Shown here: one piece after another, positions 13,809 through 27,092 of the stretch
Numbering within the stretch: position 1 is the stretch's first letter
How the letters are laid out: the number at the start of each line of letters is the position of its first letter
Assembly (NCBI RefSeq): GCF_018977255.1
Contig: NW_024704742.1
Span: 11,534,001 to 11,598,000 of the forward strand
Source of the DNA: Callorhinchus milii
Taxonomy: Eukaryota
Direction of reading: 5' to 3'
Length of the DNA stretch: 64,000 bases
Notes under the pieces: model-generated
Told to the model about the DNA's origin: nothing
The model's database searches: none
What the model saw: only the letters and a program-made list of their open reading frames with translations
Made by a program: the position numbers and the translations under genes

Positions 13809-14750
13809 TAAAATCCTTTGTGTCATATATATCCCGAATGGGGTTTAGAACACAGCATTCATAATAGAAAGGTGCAAGTTGCGACTACTGCCAATAGAAG
13901 GAAATGGGTCAGACTCCTCTCTGAGGCATTGTGCGTCCGATTGTGTTGGAGTCCAGTACAGTTCCTGTAGGTCAGTTTGATGCACTGCTAGTAACAGCGA
14001 GGAGTTAATGTTAGTTGCATCCTGTTACACATACTGCATTTTCACCCCAGTCAGTAATTTACACATTGCACCATTTCTGCATTCATCTTGTGTATGTGCT
14101 TAAGTGGAACCTCGGTGAAGATTGCTGTTTGATAGCTCCAGAAGACTGTCTAATTTAAGGAATTTAATAGTGACATGTATGCTGAATAGACTTCTGTTTG
14201 ATAAAATTGGTACTTTCAGCCAAACGTGAAAATGATTATTGATTTTTACATTGTTGTTCTCTTAAACCTTTAAAGATATTTGTGTGTGTGTACCCCTACG
14301 CTCCCTGGCCCCTCCCTTTCTGATTCCAACACCCTGCTCGGGTCCAAATCATTGATATCCCAGCACCTTGGGATGTCCTCCCGACATGAAAGGCGTTATA
14401 CAAATGTAATTTTTTTTTTGTAATTCAGCTACTGCTTTGCAATGACATCATCAACCAAACCCAAACTACTAGAATGATAAGGTAGCACGCACACATTGTT
14501 TCACTGGGCAAGTAACACAAATTGATAAAAGTGGCAGAAAAGCAAGCTGGTGTTTTGAAGAATGGTTGTTTTCTTTCAGCCTCAATTCATCTACGAAATT
14601 GAACTTCCCACCTCATTTTTCGATGTTTTAAGTGTGGTGGGGGTTGGTAGGACCAAATGTGTGCTCTGCAATTGAATGGTAGTACTGATGGGGAAATTGC
14701 ACAATTTCCCATCTGTGGTACTAGTCTCAGCATTCCCAGGTCTAGTACCT

Positions 14751-15124
14751 GGGAGTCCTGTAGCTTGGTGGTTAGAGCACTCACCTCGCAAACGAGAGAC
14801 CTGAGTTTGATTCCCAGGAGGGCAAAATGTTGGTCAAGTTTCCTTACTCCTCTGTTTACACCTCTGTTTACCTAGTAGTAAGTAGGAACCCGGTTGTTAG
14901 TCGATTGGTTGGTGGATCACTTTCCTGGGGAATTCCTTCCCCAAAAAATAATAATAATATCACTCAATCCACGACTGTTGGTGGGACACTGCTGTACGCA
15001 ATAAATTGGCTGCCGCGTTTCACCCACAAAATAAATATACAGTCAATTCTGGGAAGCGCTTTCAGACATCTCGAAGATGTGATAAGGTGCTATATCAAAT
15101 GCAAGGACTATTATTATTATTATT
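14751..15124 (+). mobile_element. SINE, long subfamily
   Basis: Head ggagtcctgtagcttggtggttagagc, core, (ATT)n tail. Confidence 0.88.
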
Positions 15125-16564
15125 GCCTCACATTTCAGGGAGTGCAGTGAACTACCCCCACCAGAAACTGGGCTGAGCTCCTTAGATCTGCTCAGGTGGC
15201 TTCCTTACAGTTAACATGCACAGGAGACTTTTATCTCCTCTGTCTGTACTGGATACAAACCAAGGTCCTGATGGTGATTGTTCAGTCACTTCCATTTGTT
15301 CATTTGAAAGCCTGAGAATGTTTAGGAGGCAACAAGCTAGTCTGCCTAAAGGCTCTGCCTGCAACAAACTGCAAGGGTATTAAACATGTTTATGGCTCAT
15401 TGGTGAAAAATAAAATCAGTCTGCATGTGTTTCTGCAAAAGATATACAAGATCCATAAACATGGTGAGGCAATTCATTCGGTGGCAATGATTTGAAAGCA
15501 CTCAGTACAAGATGCTGTACTTATAAGGTAGCTTATGAGTGCACTCCTTCATAGCATTGTGGACTCAGTTTGGAACTCTGAGACAAAGGTTAACCCCTTT
15601 CTCTGTGGAAATAAAGGATTATAATCATGCAACAACAACAACTTGCATTCATATAGGACCCTTCATGCCAAATGGCATCTCGGAATGCCTAAAACACCTG
15701 AGATTTTTCAATCTGCATTTGAATGAAAGTTTCAGGTTTGGCCTGAAGAGATGCTTTAATGTGTTAAATTCCCTTTTCAACTGAACTGCTTTGTACGGTA
15801 TTTTTTAACAAACTGGTCTTCCATCCCATCAACCCCTTTCCCCTCACCTCCCACCCCCCTGTGGTAAAAGATCACAAAACTGCTCATTTGAAAGCCTTGC
15901 TAAATGCCCCAAAAGGATGGTAGAAAATGGATTTTGGAACTAAAATTAAATGCTTTTTGCAGTCAGAACCTTCCCTGGGGTGAAATCATCATTGTGACGT
16001 CCACTTCAGTATTAGTTCACTTCAAAGTATTTGCGGTTTAATTGGCAGTCGACATGCTAAGATCCACAGTCCATTCTAAAGTGATTTCAGGATCTGAAAC
16101 TTTCTGGAGAGCACTGTCAGCACTGGCTTTCAGATGTTTGCTTGGAGGAGAGCTGTTCATGGACCTGAGCTGAAATGGTCTCAGCAGATTTGCAACTGTT
16201 CTGAGCCAGTTGTCACTTGGACTTCACAGCACAAGATTGGTAATGTCAGCTAAGGTAACATAGCGCCAGGATGTCTCAGACTGTGTATCAGGATTGTGTT
16301 GACATGACAGATGTTGTTCCATTTTTTTAAAAAAAGTGGATTTCATTGCATCTGGTGATTCGACACTGTCATGTCAGCCTCATGTTTGAATATTGTTTGC
16401 TGTTTCTCACCTGATTCTTTTCTTGCAGAATGATTCAGTCTAACTAGTAATGATGAATAGCTTCCCCAATGTTTTTTTTAAAGTAATGAGATGCCGGTGA
16501 AGACCATTAATCTATTCTCTTTTCTCCTTCGTTTTTTTCTTCTCTCTTCCAATGCCTAAAATAG

Positions 16565-16579
16565 AAGTGGAGCAGAAAG
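16565..16579 (+). CDS. ADGRL3: Latrophilin 15-nt microexon (KVEQK insert between lectin and olfactomedin domains)
   Basis: Long pyrimidine tract, then ...aaatag|AAGTGGAGCAGAAAG|gtaaac. Phase 1-1; reads (K)VEQK(V) in frame with the next exon, matching the known latrophilin KVEQK splice insert. Confidence 0.93.
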
Positions 16580-17189
16580 GTAAACAAAAATACTGTTACA
16601 AATTTCCACACCCTGTTGTGCATTTACCTTATTAACCCTTTGAGGGAAAACCCGTTGTTCTCGTCCTCATTGTATAGATGTTTAACAAAGTGTAGGTGAG
16701 CCACGATCCATTCTGTTGCTTGTTAACAGCAGGACACATTTTATTTCATGACTTACACATTTTCTGCTTTATTAAAAGCGATCGGTTTATTTAAGACTGA
16801 AGTGTATCCCTGCTTTACTTCCTCCCCAAAGTCACCTCCCATTATCATGCCTCTCTTTTTTTGTTGTTTCTCACCCTCTTAAACTATTGTCGTTTTTTAG
16901 ATTTTATTTCAAAACTGATAACGACACATTTCACAAAAGTGCAACGTGAAGTTCATATAAATTAATTGTTGTGTGGAGCGTTACTGAAGGAAGGAGAATG
17001 AAGTACTTGTATTTTAGGAGTTTCAAAATTTGTAACAATTGATTTTGTTTGCAACTGATAATTGGAGCTAAGGAAAGTTTTGAATGTAGTCTTTTTATGG
17101 AGGTTACCTTCAAGTGAAAGAAATAGCCAGTGAGTATAATACTCTTTCTGGGGTTACTAATGTATTTGTCTTCTCTTCTGTTTCTACAG

Positions 17190-17990
17190 TATTCTTATGT
17201 CCTGGGACACTTAAGGCAGTTTATCAGATGGACCACTTGTTTGAGTCTGATCACCAGTCAGGAGCCTGGTGCAAAGACCCACTCCAAGCTTCAGACAAGG
17301 TCTACTACATGCCTTGGACACCGTATAGAACAGATACGCTAACTGAATATTCCTCAATGGAGGATTTTATTGCCGGACGTCCGACCATCACCTACAAACT
17401 TCCACACCGGGTGGATGGAACCGGGTTCGTAGTGTATGACGGTGCTTTGTTCTTCAACAAGGAGCGCACAAGAAATATCGTCAAGTTTGATCTTAGGACT
17501 AGGATTAAGAGTGGCGAGGCTATCATAGCCAACGCCAATTACCACGACACATCCCCATACCGCTGGGGCGGGAAGTCTGACATCGACCTCGCGGTGGATG
17601 AAAATGGTTTGTGGGTCATTTATGCGACGGAGCAGAACAATGGCAAAATCGTGATTAGTCAGTTAAATCCCTACACTTTGAGAATCGAGGGCACTTGGAA
17701 TACAGCTTACGACAAGAGGTCAGCTTCAAATGCTTTCATGATCTGCGGTATTTTGTATGTGGTGAAATCAGTGTATGAAGATGATGACAACGAGGCCACT
17801 GGGAACAAGATAGACTACGTCTACAACACTGATCTAAGCAAGGATGGGCTTGTGGACATCTCCTTTCCCAATTCCTACCAGTACATTGCAGCAGTGGATT
17901 ACAACCCCCGAGACCACAAACTCTACGTCTGGAATAATTTCCATGTCCTGAAGTATTCGCTTTTGTTTGGTTTGCTGAACGCCAAAACAG
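17190..17990 (+). CDS. ADGRL3: Latrophilin-3-like olfactomedin-domain exon (801 nt)
   Basis: ttctacag|TATTC...AAAACAG|gtacat, phase 1-1. VFLCPG...[13 protein letters not shown]...[15 protein letters not shown]...[29 protein letters not shown]...VDYNPRD is the latrophilin olfactomedin domain with LPHN3-type residues. Confidence 0.97.
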
Positions 17991-18610
17991 GTACATACTG
18001 TTGATTAAATCCCACTAGACTGAGTCCACTTTGGTGGAGATTCATTGTGCGTGTTGAAGCTTTACACAAAAAATTGCAAATGTGCCGTAACGCTTCTCAC
18101 TCACGTTGAGATTATGCTTCCTTGGACATTTGCAAACAGAAATGTCCAGTACAAAAGGAAACCACAAAAGCTACTTTGGGTAATGATTTCCAAACTCTTG
18201 TAACTAAGGCTTCGATTCTGTTGAGGAAACCGCAACTTTTCAGACAGATTGCAACTTTTTGTAGCTGCCGCCAACTTTTAATGGTTACAGTGAGACGCAC
18301 TCCCATTGCACCATACGCGTGTCCGTCAATCCATCTTGTGCTCTCATTGGGCTATTCACTCAGTGAGAGCGCAACAACAACACCAGCAACTTACATTTAT
18401 GTAGCGCCCTTCACGCGGGGAAGCATCCCAGAGCGCAGGATGATAGCATGGTCCATTTAGAAATCGGGACGGGTTTATCGACAGGTGTATAGTCAAATGT
18501 GAGTGCATACTTACTCACTGACAGTACTTGAACTTGAAATGATCGCACCAAAACTCCAACTTTAATAAACTGTGGCTGCAACTGTTAGAGCAAAAAATCA
18601 TGACTTTCTT

Positions 18611-18806
18611 GCAAAACGCAAAATACTGCAGATTCTGGAAATCTGAAACAAAAACAGAAGTCCCTGGGAACACTCAGCAGGTCAGGCAGCATCTATGGAG
18701 AAAGGAAAGTGAGTCAATGTTTTGGGTCCACGACCGTTTGTCAGAACCCTCCTGATGAAGGATCATGGACCTGAAACAGTGATTCACTCTCCTTTCTCCA
18801 TAGATG
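18611..18806. mobile_element. Penelope-like palindromic terminal remnant with hammerhead-like cores
   Basis: 55-bp inverted arms (18690-18744 / 18752-18806), CTGATGA...GAAAC motif, flanking direct repeat atgactttctt (18600-18610, 18804-18814). Confidence 0.7.
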
Positions 18807-18979
18807 ACTTTCTTACAGCCTTGCTTATAACTCTCTGAGTGACGATATTTCTGCTAAACTCCTCTATATTTTCTACAAACAATCCTGAGACTATGCTTCC
18901 TTGCAAACATTTTCCCCAGTTACCCTGTAATGAGTCTTCAGAATTTCCACCATATTCTCTCTTAAATTATGTCTGCAGC

Positions 18980-19430
18980 ATCTTCTTCATATATATTCTG
19001 TGTCCGTTTGATCTCATACCCGATGTCATCCTTGTGAATCTTTGGTGCAGCATCCTCTCCATCTCTTGTCTTTCCTGTAATAAGGAGCCCAAAACGAAAT
19101 ACAGTATTCTAAATATTCTAACCAAATACAGCCAAACCAAAATCCTGTACAATTCCAGTACAGTTACAATGCTAAAATATCAATACCCAGTTTATGAATC
19201 CCATAAACCCATTTGCTTTCTCGATATCTTTTTGTATCTGTCGTCTCACTCGCAATGTTAAATGTATTCACGCACTCCGGGACTCTACCTCACGTGAAGG
19301 GTTCTATATAAATGCAAGTTGTTGTTGTTGTATTAGTACCCCCAGGTGCCTCTGCTCCTCCACTCCATTGAGTATTTCACCCTCCAGGATGCTAGCTGCC
19401 CTCTGGTGTTTTGTGCAAGTAGTTAATCTT
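18980..19430 (-). mobile_element. Old CR1 3' fragment with nested short L2-type tail
   Basis: Degenerate ERMLHQRFTRM and gtacccccaggtgcctctgctcctcc; tail at about 19275-19331. Confidence 0.6.
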
Positions 19431-19565
19431 GCATTTTAAGGCTCCTTCAGCCAACACCTCCATATGTGCATTTTCAGCAATGTCTATCGTCATGAGTGGG
19501 AACCCTGACTGATTTTCACTCGCTAGCCCAGACGTGGTCACTGTTGATGGTCAGTTGTTTTAATT

Positions 19566-19835
19566 TAGCTCAGTGGTTAAAGCATTCGCCTCACAAGCGA
19601 GAGGACCTAGGTTTGATTCCTGGGCAGGACAAAACTTTTCTGGCGGTAATTAAAAAAACATAATGATTTGGTCACTCAATCCACGACTGTTTGTCAGAGA
19701 CTGCTGGGCCCAATTGGCTGCCGCATTTCGCCCACAAAATACACAGTCAATTCACTTTACAGTATATTCTGTGAAGCGCTTTGAGATGTTTTGAAGACGT
19801 GATGTGTATAGCTATCAAATGCAAGGATTGTTATT
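19566..19835 (+). mobile_element. SINE with internal deletion
   Basis: tagctcagtggtt head, core and tail. Confidence 0.82.
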
Positions 19836-20595
19836 GGTGGTCAGGCCAATTGTACCATTCTTCACTTCCATGCATTTAAGAACAACTGGCTCGTCACAGC
19901 CCAGAGATTGAATATGGGACCTTCCCAGTCTGCACGCCTCAGTCACGCAGTGGTCATTTATTTTTGTCAATGGAACATGGGGGGTGGAGGGGAGGAGAGT
20001 AACTTTCTGAGGTTTCTTTTTAGTTAGTTATTCTATACGCTCACTATTGCTGTTGTTGCCAAACCTGTCCCCTCCATGAGTTTGATTGAAGGAACCAAAT
20101 GAAAATGTGCAGCTTGACATTAAGATTAGAAATCCAACAGTATCCATCATAGGGTTTACATTCAGGTCACATAGAATCCTAATCAAGAGTCTGTGAATAC
20201 GACAAAAAAGTTGGAACCCAAAAGGAGCAGAGAATTATATTACCAGTAATCTTTAAGCCAATTAATCAGTTCATATTTCAAATGCCCTGCGCTATGAAAC
20301 GTAAAAGATCTATTAAATTAGACAGTAAATAGATTTGAATTGACCCTGTTTGCGATTATTTGTTTGGTTGATTCAGGAGAGCTCTGTAACAGTTGGTAAC
20401 TTGGTTTATGGACCAGTCGGTGTTTCACCAGAAGTGTTCTTGATGGATCATTCAAACCTTGGTAGCTGGGAGATCCAGATTGGCAGCCCCTTACATTGGC
20501 CGTTAGCAACTGTGCCACAGTTGGGAGTTGACAAGAAAGACAAAATGAACTGTGGGAATGATATTAATCAATCTGCAGCGTTTTGTCTCTTATTT

Positions 20596-22160
20596 CATAG
20601 AATCATAGAATGTTACGGCACAGAAGGAGGTCATTCGGCCCATCGAGTCTGTGCCGGCTCTTTGACAGAGCAACTGACTTTTATTAACCCCACTCACCAG
20701 CTTTCTCCCCATAACCCTGCAAACCTGTCTTCTCCAGATACCTATCCAGTTCTTTCTTAAAAGCTGTTATTGAATCGGACTGCACTGCCCTTTCGGGCAG
20801 ATCATTCCAAATTCTAACAACTCGCTGAGTGAAAACATTTCTTCTAATCTCCCCTCTGCTTCTTTTGGTAGATATCTTAAGACTGTGACCATGAGTCACA
20901 GACACACCTACCAGCGGAAACAGCTTTTCCCTATCTAGCCTGTCGAAACCTTTCATGATCTTGAAGACCTCTATCAGGTCCCCGCGTAACCTTCTCTGCT
21001 CTAATGGGAAAAGTCCTAACTTTTCCAGCCTGTCCTCATAGCTAAGCTTCCCCATTCCTGGTATCATTCTCGTGAATCTCCTCTGCACCCTTTCCAATGC
21101 CTTAATGTCCTTCCTGAGGTAAGGTGCCCAGAACTGGACGCAGTACTCCAGCTGAGGCCTAACCAGTGTTTTATACAGATTAAGCATAACCTCCCTACTC
21201 TTATACTCTATGCCCCTACTAATGAAGTGGCACCAAATGCCCTTTTTACTGCCCTATTTACCTGCTCTGCCACCTTCAATGAATCGCTTACTTGAACGCC
21301 CAGATCTCTCTTAAGATTGAGCTACCAAGCCTATATTGCCTCCTATCATTTTTCCTACCTAAGTGTATCATCTCGCACTTGTCTACATTGAAATCCATCT
21401 GCCACATGTCAGCCCATTCCACCATTCTGTGTATGTCTGCCTGCAGTCCGTCACAATCTTCTTCACTATTTACTACCCTACCTAACTTGGTATCATCTGC
21501 AAACTTGGAAATAGTGCTCTCTATGCCCAAGTCCAGATCATTAATATATATTAGAAAGAGCAGTGGTCCCAATACCGATCCCTGGGGGACACCGCTGCAC
21601 ACCTCCTTCCATTGCAAGAAACACCCATTAACCACCACCCTCTGCATTCTGTCACTCAGCCAGTTCCTAATCCAAACGTCTATTGTCCCCTTAATACCGT
21701 GGGCCTCCAGTTTTTTCATTAACCTCTTATGAGGTACTGTGTCAAAAGCCTTTTTAAAATCCATGTAACTAATGTCCACCGCATTTCCCTCATCAACCCT
21801 CGCAGTCACCTCTTCAAAAAATTCTATTAGATTTGTTAGGCAAGATTTGCCTTTAACAAATCCATGTTGGCTGTCTCTAATTACCTCGTGTTCCTCTAAG
21901 TAGAGATTTATTTTGTCCCGGATTACGGTCTCCAGTAGCTTTCCTATTACCGAAGTTAGGCTGACTGGCCTGTAATTTCCAGTTTGTCTTTCTGCCCCTT
22001 TTTGAAGAGTGGGGTAACATTAGCTACTCTCCAGTCTCTTGGTACCACTCCTGTGTCCAATGACGATTGAAATATAATGGCCTAAGCCTCCGCTATTTGA
22101 ACCTGTATCTCCCACAGCAACCTTGGGTGAAACCCATCTGGTCCTGGTGACTTATCAATA
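20596..22160 (-). mobile_element. CR1 LINE, 5'-truncated RT and C-terminus
   Basis: YMDFKKAFDTVPH, GVPQGSVLGPLLF, KFADDTKLG, LVRPQLEYCVQFWAP; catagaatcatagaa 3' tail. Confidence 0.95.
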
Positions 22161-23329
22161 TTTCACTAAATTTAATAGAATTGGGAAAAAACAATTATTT
22201 TGGGCATGGCGATCAGATTAACAAGATCGCAGTTCTTTATACCAGTGTGAATTAAACTGAACTGCTTTTTAGGAGCTGTCAAGCCTCTCCTGTGTTGGTA
22301 CAAACTACTGACATAGAACATAACTGGAAGAGAATGTTTCCTTTAGGACAGTCTTTTGGAGATAACCTGAATGTGGGAGCATGTAACCATTCTCCCATCA
22401 TTCTTTCCTCTCAAAGTTTTCGAAGGTTTTGTCACATCCCATTTCTCAGGATACGTGTGAGTGCCAGGGGTGCCAATCTTAGGGCACACTTCATCCTATT
22501 ACTCTGTCATTGTGTTCTGATGAGATCTTTCTGGAAAGTAAAGTGCTCCAAATATGCTATCAAATCATTCTGTGTAGTGTGTTACACATCACACGTCTGT
22601 GAACAGGATTGAATGAAGTTCTGCAGCTTGTGCTTGTTCCCAGATGCCAAGTGGAAGAGAGAGGAATAATATCATTGTACATGGTTTCCAACATGCTGCA
22701 AATGTAGAAATTCCTGTTGTCACATGAGCTAAAATGGTCGAGTGGGCTGTTTTGATGTTAACCAAGACAGAGGGAGGGTTGCTACATTTTATTGTTTTAC
22801 TTGAATGCTTTTTTTGTACTTAAAGCTCAGGTGACTTCCTGCAGGAATGCTTATCAGTCAGTACTGGTGAATAGAATAGTTTGATTTTTACACTGGTTGC
22901 CGAGCGACAGAACCAGTTCACTCATGAATGCAGCCAAAAGCGGAGCCGTTCTGCTTGCTGGCCCAACAACGTACATTAACCCCAACCCTTAAATAAACCA
23001 CTTGTTTGACTTCCGCTTTTGCTCTCCAGACTTCCCAAGGCAAATTTTGTGGCCTGATTAAATCTGGTGCCAATTCCTGCTGGAGTGTGTTCAGTTTGTG
23101 CTCCCTAGTTAGGAATTGGGTTGATTTCTCAAACTAACTTGGATTCTGTCAGCAAAAAAGATGAGCATGTTCCCATTAATCAAATCGGGATTTCAGTATT
23201 CCCCATAGTTAGCTTTCCCCCCCACCCCGTCTACTTATGTGTGTGGGTGTATGTGTGTAAGAGAGTACATTCATTTGAAAATTCACTTAACAAAAAACCG
23301 TGACATGTTGAGCTCACAGCTGATAGTTA

Positions 23330-23416
23330 GCCATGATCAGCCATGATCTTATTGAATGGCGGGGCAGGCTCGAGGGGCCGAATGGCCTACTCCTGCTCCT
23401 AATTCTTATGTTCTTA
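23330..23416 (+). mobile_element. CR1 3' UTR tail fragment
   Basis: gatcagccatgatcttattgaatggcggggcaggctcgaggggccgaatggcctactcctgctcc...cttatgttctta; related copies at about 50330-50562 (+) and 54893-55070 (-). Confidence 0.8.
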
Positions 23417-24242
23417 GTTGCCCGAAGGTTCAAATCATGCCCTGGTGATCAATCAGTGTGACATGCAGGGCAAAGCTGTCCATCACATTTGAGTCAGTCA
23501 GTCAGTGCAGCAATCCGCACAATACAACAGCTCAATAATTGAGAGGGATTTCAGGGAATTTTTGTTGTTTACTGAGCAATTTTGGAAATGCAAATACTGT
23601 GGACAGTTCTATTTTGTTTGTTTTCACCAAGTTTATATGTATGTTGTGTAGTCAGTGGGGTCTAATTTGCAGTGTACACAAATGATTTGTTACTAGCTGA
23701 TCGGCAAAGCCACCCTGATCTCTAGCAGGTGCTAAGACAATGTAGAAATTGAAACTCAGACCAGCATCCAAGCGAAATTTCAAATGGAGACATGCTGCAG
23801 GATACACTATTTACAAATTCCTTTGTGATTAATGCAAATTATATCCCCATTGGAGATTTTGACTGACGAGTGGTTGAGGAAAAGTCCATTTGTGCACTCG
23901 GCTTATTCGCATGGTTGGGTGTGGTGTGTGTTCAATTTGTTTGTTCTGGGACATGAAGTTTGATTTTGGGGAGTAGTGAAGTAGGGGTAGCTTTTAGATT
24001 GACTAATGGTGCCAGTGGCTAGGGTTGCTAACAGCCTGCGTTTCCCTATAGTGGAGCCTTTTACGAGGCAAAAGTCTGTTTGAATTGAGAAGTGCATCTG
24101 TCTTGCATTCACTTTGTACAGGGTGACCAAAAAGTCGTGATAACTATCCTATTATATAAAAAAAACTAATAGGTCATTTCTTTAAGGCGTATTAAAAATT
24201 TTAATGGTATCATGACTTTTTTAATGGTATCATGAATATTTT

Positions 24243-24539
24243 GCGTTTCGCCCACAAATATACGGTTAATTCACTTTACAAGGAAAAAAACCAATAATAA
24301 CAAAATTGGTCACTTCAAACCACTGCTGTTTGTGGGACACTGCTGTGCGCAATTGGCTGTCACGTTTCGCTCACAAAGTATATAGTCAATTCACTTTATG
24401 GCATAAAGCGCTCTGAGATGCCATCTGGCGTAGAGGGCGCTATATAAATCTAAGTCATTGTTGTTGTTGTTATATTCTGTGAAGTGCTTTGAGACGTCGA
24501 GAAGACATGAAAAGCGCTACATTAAATGCAAGGATTATC
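24243..24539 (+). mobile_element. Rearranged SINE 3' halves with nested short L2-type tail
   Basis: Two partial SINE cores; tail-only insert at about 24405-24470. Confidence 0.75.
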
Positions 24540-26192
24540 ATTTTTGGTTGCCCTGTACTTTCCGAAGACAAACTGTGATGTCAATTGGGATTTATTTTAG
24601 TAATATTTGACTATTTAGGGTAGGCACCGACAGTGACATAAAGCCTGCTGTCATTGCTGCACCAATCATGTTAATGTGATTCTCCATTCATAAACAGTGA
24701 GTCATTTACTGGGGGAAATGATGATATCTATAAATCTTGGATAAGGAGTCGAATAAAGCTTCCAATCATGATCTTGCAGCTTTTTGCAAGGGATGAGATA
24801 TTTGCTCAGTGTTCCCTATCTTGTCAGTCACCACAACATTTGGAGTATTTCAGCTTCTCTCTCCAAGCTTGTTTATTAAAAAGCTTGGCGGTGGGCGTGG
24901 AGGGGCGAAACTGTGCAGTTTACATTTTGCTATAAACAAGAATGTGTCCTGACAATGTGTCTGCATTTCAGCAGACAACAACACCAAGGGGAGAGATGAT
25001 CAAAGGCTTGACAGTACAATATATGATTTAAAATATGAACCGGAGTCATCTTGGACATAAGTATTAGTGATTGATTGATTTTAAAAGTTTAAAACCAGCC
25101 CAGAATTTAGAACAGTGGCACATGAAGCCGTTCACTGACGAGTTTTTGGTGTTAATATGTGCTCTTCAAACATTTTGGAGACTGGGGTTTGCCCATGCAA
25201 TAAACCAGCAGTCTTCCTGTTTGGTACATCTCTTACATGCTGGCACCAACTGGGAGTTTGGCAGTCCTCGCCTTTCGAATAATAAGAATCTTTACATTTT
25301 GTTATATGCTGGTAGGACATCTCAGAGCACTTCACAGGATATACTGTAAAGTGTGGTGACTACTATTCTTCATAATTGGAATGTTAAAGATTAGAGGATC
25401 TTAAAATGTCCCCCAAGAAATGTTCAAGCTTAAGTAAGACAATCAAGAAAACTCTCAATCCTTCCCATGAGTGGAGCCTTTTACGAGGCAAAAGTCTATT
25501 TACATTGAGAGTAAAGCTGCTTCGCTGAGATCCACTTTGCACTTCCCAAAGGATGAATAAAAAGCAAAACTAATAGAGTTAACTTATTTATAATCCCTAA
25601 TTATTTTGTTTTACCCATTTAGATGTTGGTAATGCTTCATTTTGATATGATCTGATTGAGTAATGACATCCTGAATGTTCTTTCAAATGTTATAGAGCTT
25701 TGAGCACTTTGACTGAGGAATTTTCAGGAAAAGGATCTGATTGAATTTTTATTTCCACATAACTTGAAGGAGTGTTCTTAATGATCCATGCTTGGCAGGG
25801 TCAACAGCAGAGTTGTGGGGGATCAGGGACTGGCCCCTGAAATGTTTAACCAAAGACGTTGGCCACTGCACTGGAGCAGGTTATGGTGAAGGGTGGTCGA
25901 GGCTAGGACAATGGAGTCATTTAAAAAGCAGCTTGAAGCTGTGAGGGGAGGATGAGCAGATGGGTGTTCTGGAAGGATTGAGATGAATGTGCAAAAGGCC
26001 TTCTTCCAAACCTTGTGCAGCTGATTCCTGGTTTTAAGTGTAATGATTTAGATATTTCACAGATCCAGGGTGTGGATTTACAGTTGCTCCACTCTTCCTT
26101 GTTCCATTCCTGCTTAGTTAGTACCAGTAGGTGGAGCGTGAGTGAGGCACACCTTACCATTGCTCCATTCTATAATTAGTGCATTCAGTGGA

Positions 26193-26534
26193 AATAATAA
26201 TAATCTTTGCATTTGATATATCACCTTATCACGTCTTTGAGATGTCTCAAACTGCTTCACTGAATATAAAGTGAATTAACTGTATATTTTGTGGGCAAAA
26301 CATGGCAGACAATTGCGCACAGCAGTGTCCCACAAAGAGTCATGGACTGAGTGACCAATTTATTATTATTACTATTTTTGAGGGAATTATTACCCCTGGA
26401 AAAGCAATCCGCCAATCGACTGACAACTGGGTTCCTACTTACTGCTAGGTAAACAGAGGTGTGTGGAGTCGAGAATCAAATCCAGGTCCTCTTGCTTGCG
26501 AGGCGAGAGCTCTAACTACTGAGTTACAGCTCCA
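26193..26534 (-). mobile_element. SINE, long subfamily
   Basis: (AAT)n tail, core and head on the minus strand. Confidence 0.87.
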
Positions 26535-26769
26535 GATGGATGTGTGTGTATGGAAGGGGAGGGAAGACGGGGTGGGGGTAGGATTCCTTTCATACCCCCT
26601 CCCTTCTTCTTGAGGTCTTTTTAATTTTTGTTTACCAAATGTCCTGCTCACTGGCAGTTGAAGGCCAGGATCCATGAGCCGGAAGTATTGTGTCCTTGAT
26701 TCTCAGACTTTGTATTGAGAGTGGCAGCGTGGGGGTGGGGAGAAGAAGAGAGTGAGGGATTCATGACAT

Positions 26770-27092
26770 GTGTAGTCCTGTAGCTCAGTGGTTAGAGCAC
26801 TCGCTTTGCAAGTGAGAGACCTGAGTTCAATTCCAGGCAGAGCGAAACCTTGGGCAAGTTTCCTTACTCCACACGCCTAATAATAATCCCTCCAAAACCC
26901 AAAACAATAATAAATTGGTCATTTTCAATCTACGGCTGTTTGTGGGACATTGCTGTGCGCAATTGGCTGCCGCATTCGCCCACAAATATACAGTCAATTC
27001 ACTTTACAGTGTGTTCTGTGAAGCACTTTGGGACGTCCTCCCGACGTGAAAAGCGCTATATCAAATGCAAGGATTATTATTATTATTATTAT
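26770..27092 (+). mobile_element. SINE, short young subfamily
   Basis: Near-identical to copies at 39676, 50697, 51070 and 51399; tail gggacgtcctcccgacgtgaaaagcgct. Confidence 0.93.

Noticed and set aside
16410..16450. Acceptor-like ttcttttcttgcag upstream of the microexon
   Set aside because: Immediate in-frame stop and no convincing donor; no support for an exon.
17114..18004. 296-aa ORF as a standalone olfactomedin protein
   Set aside because: Its ends are intronic read-through; the exon is 17190-17990.
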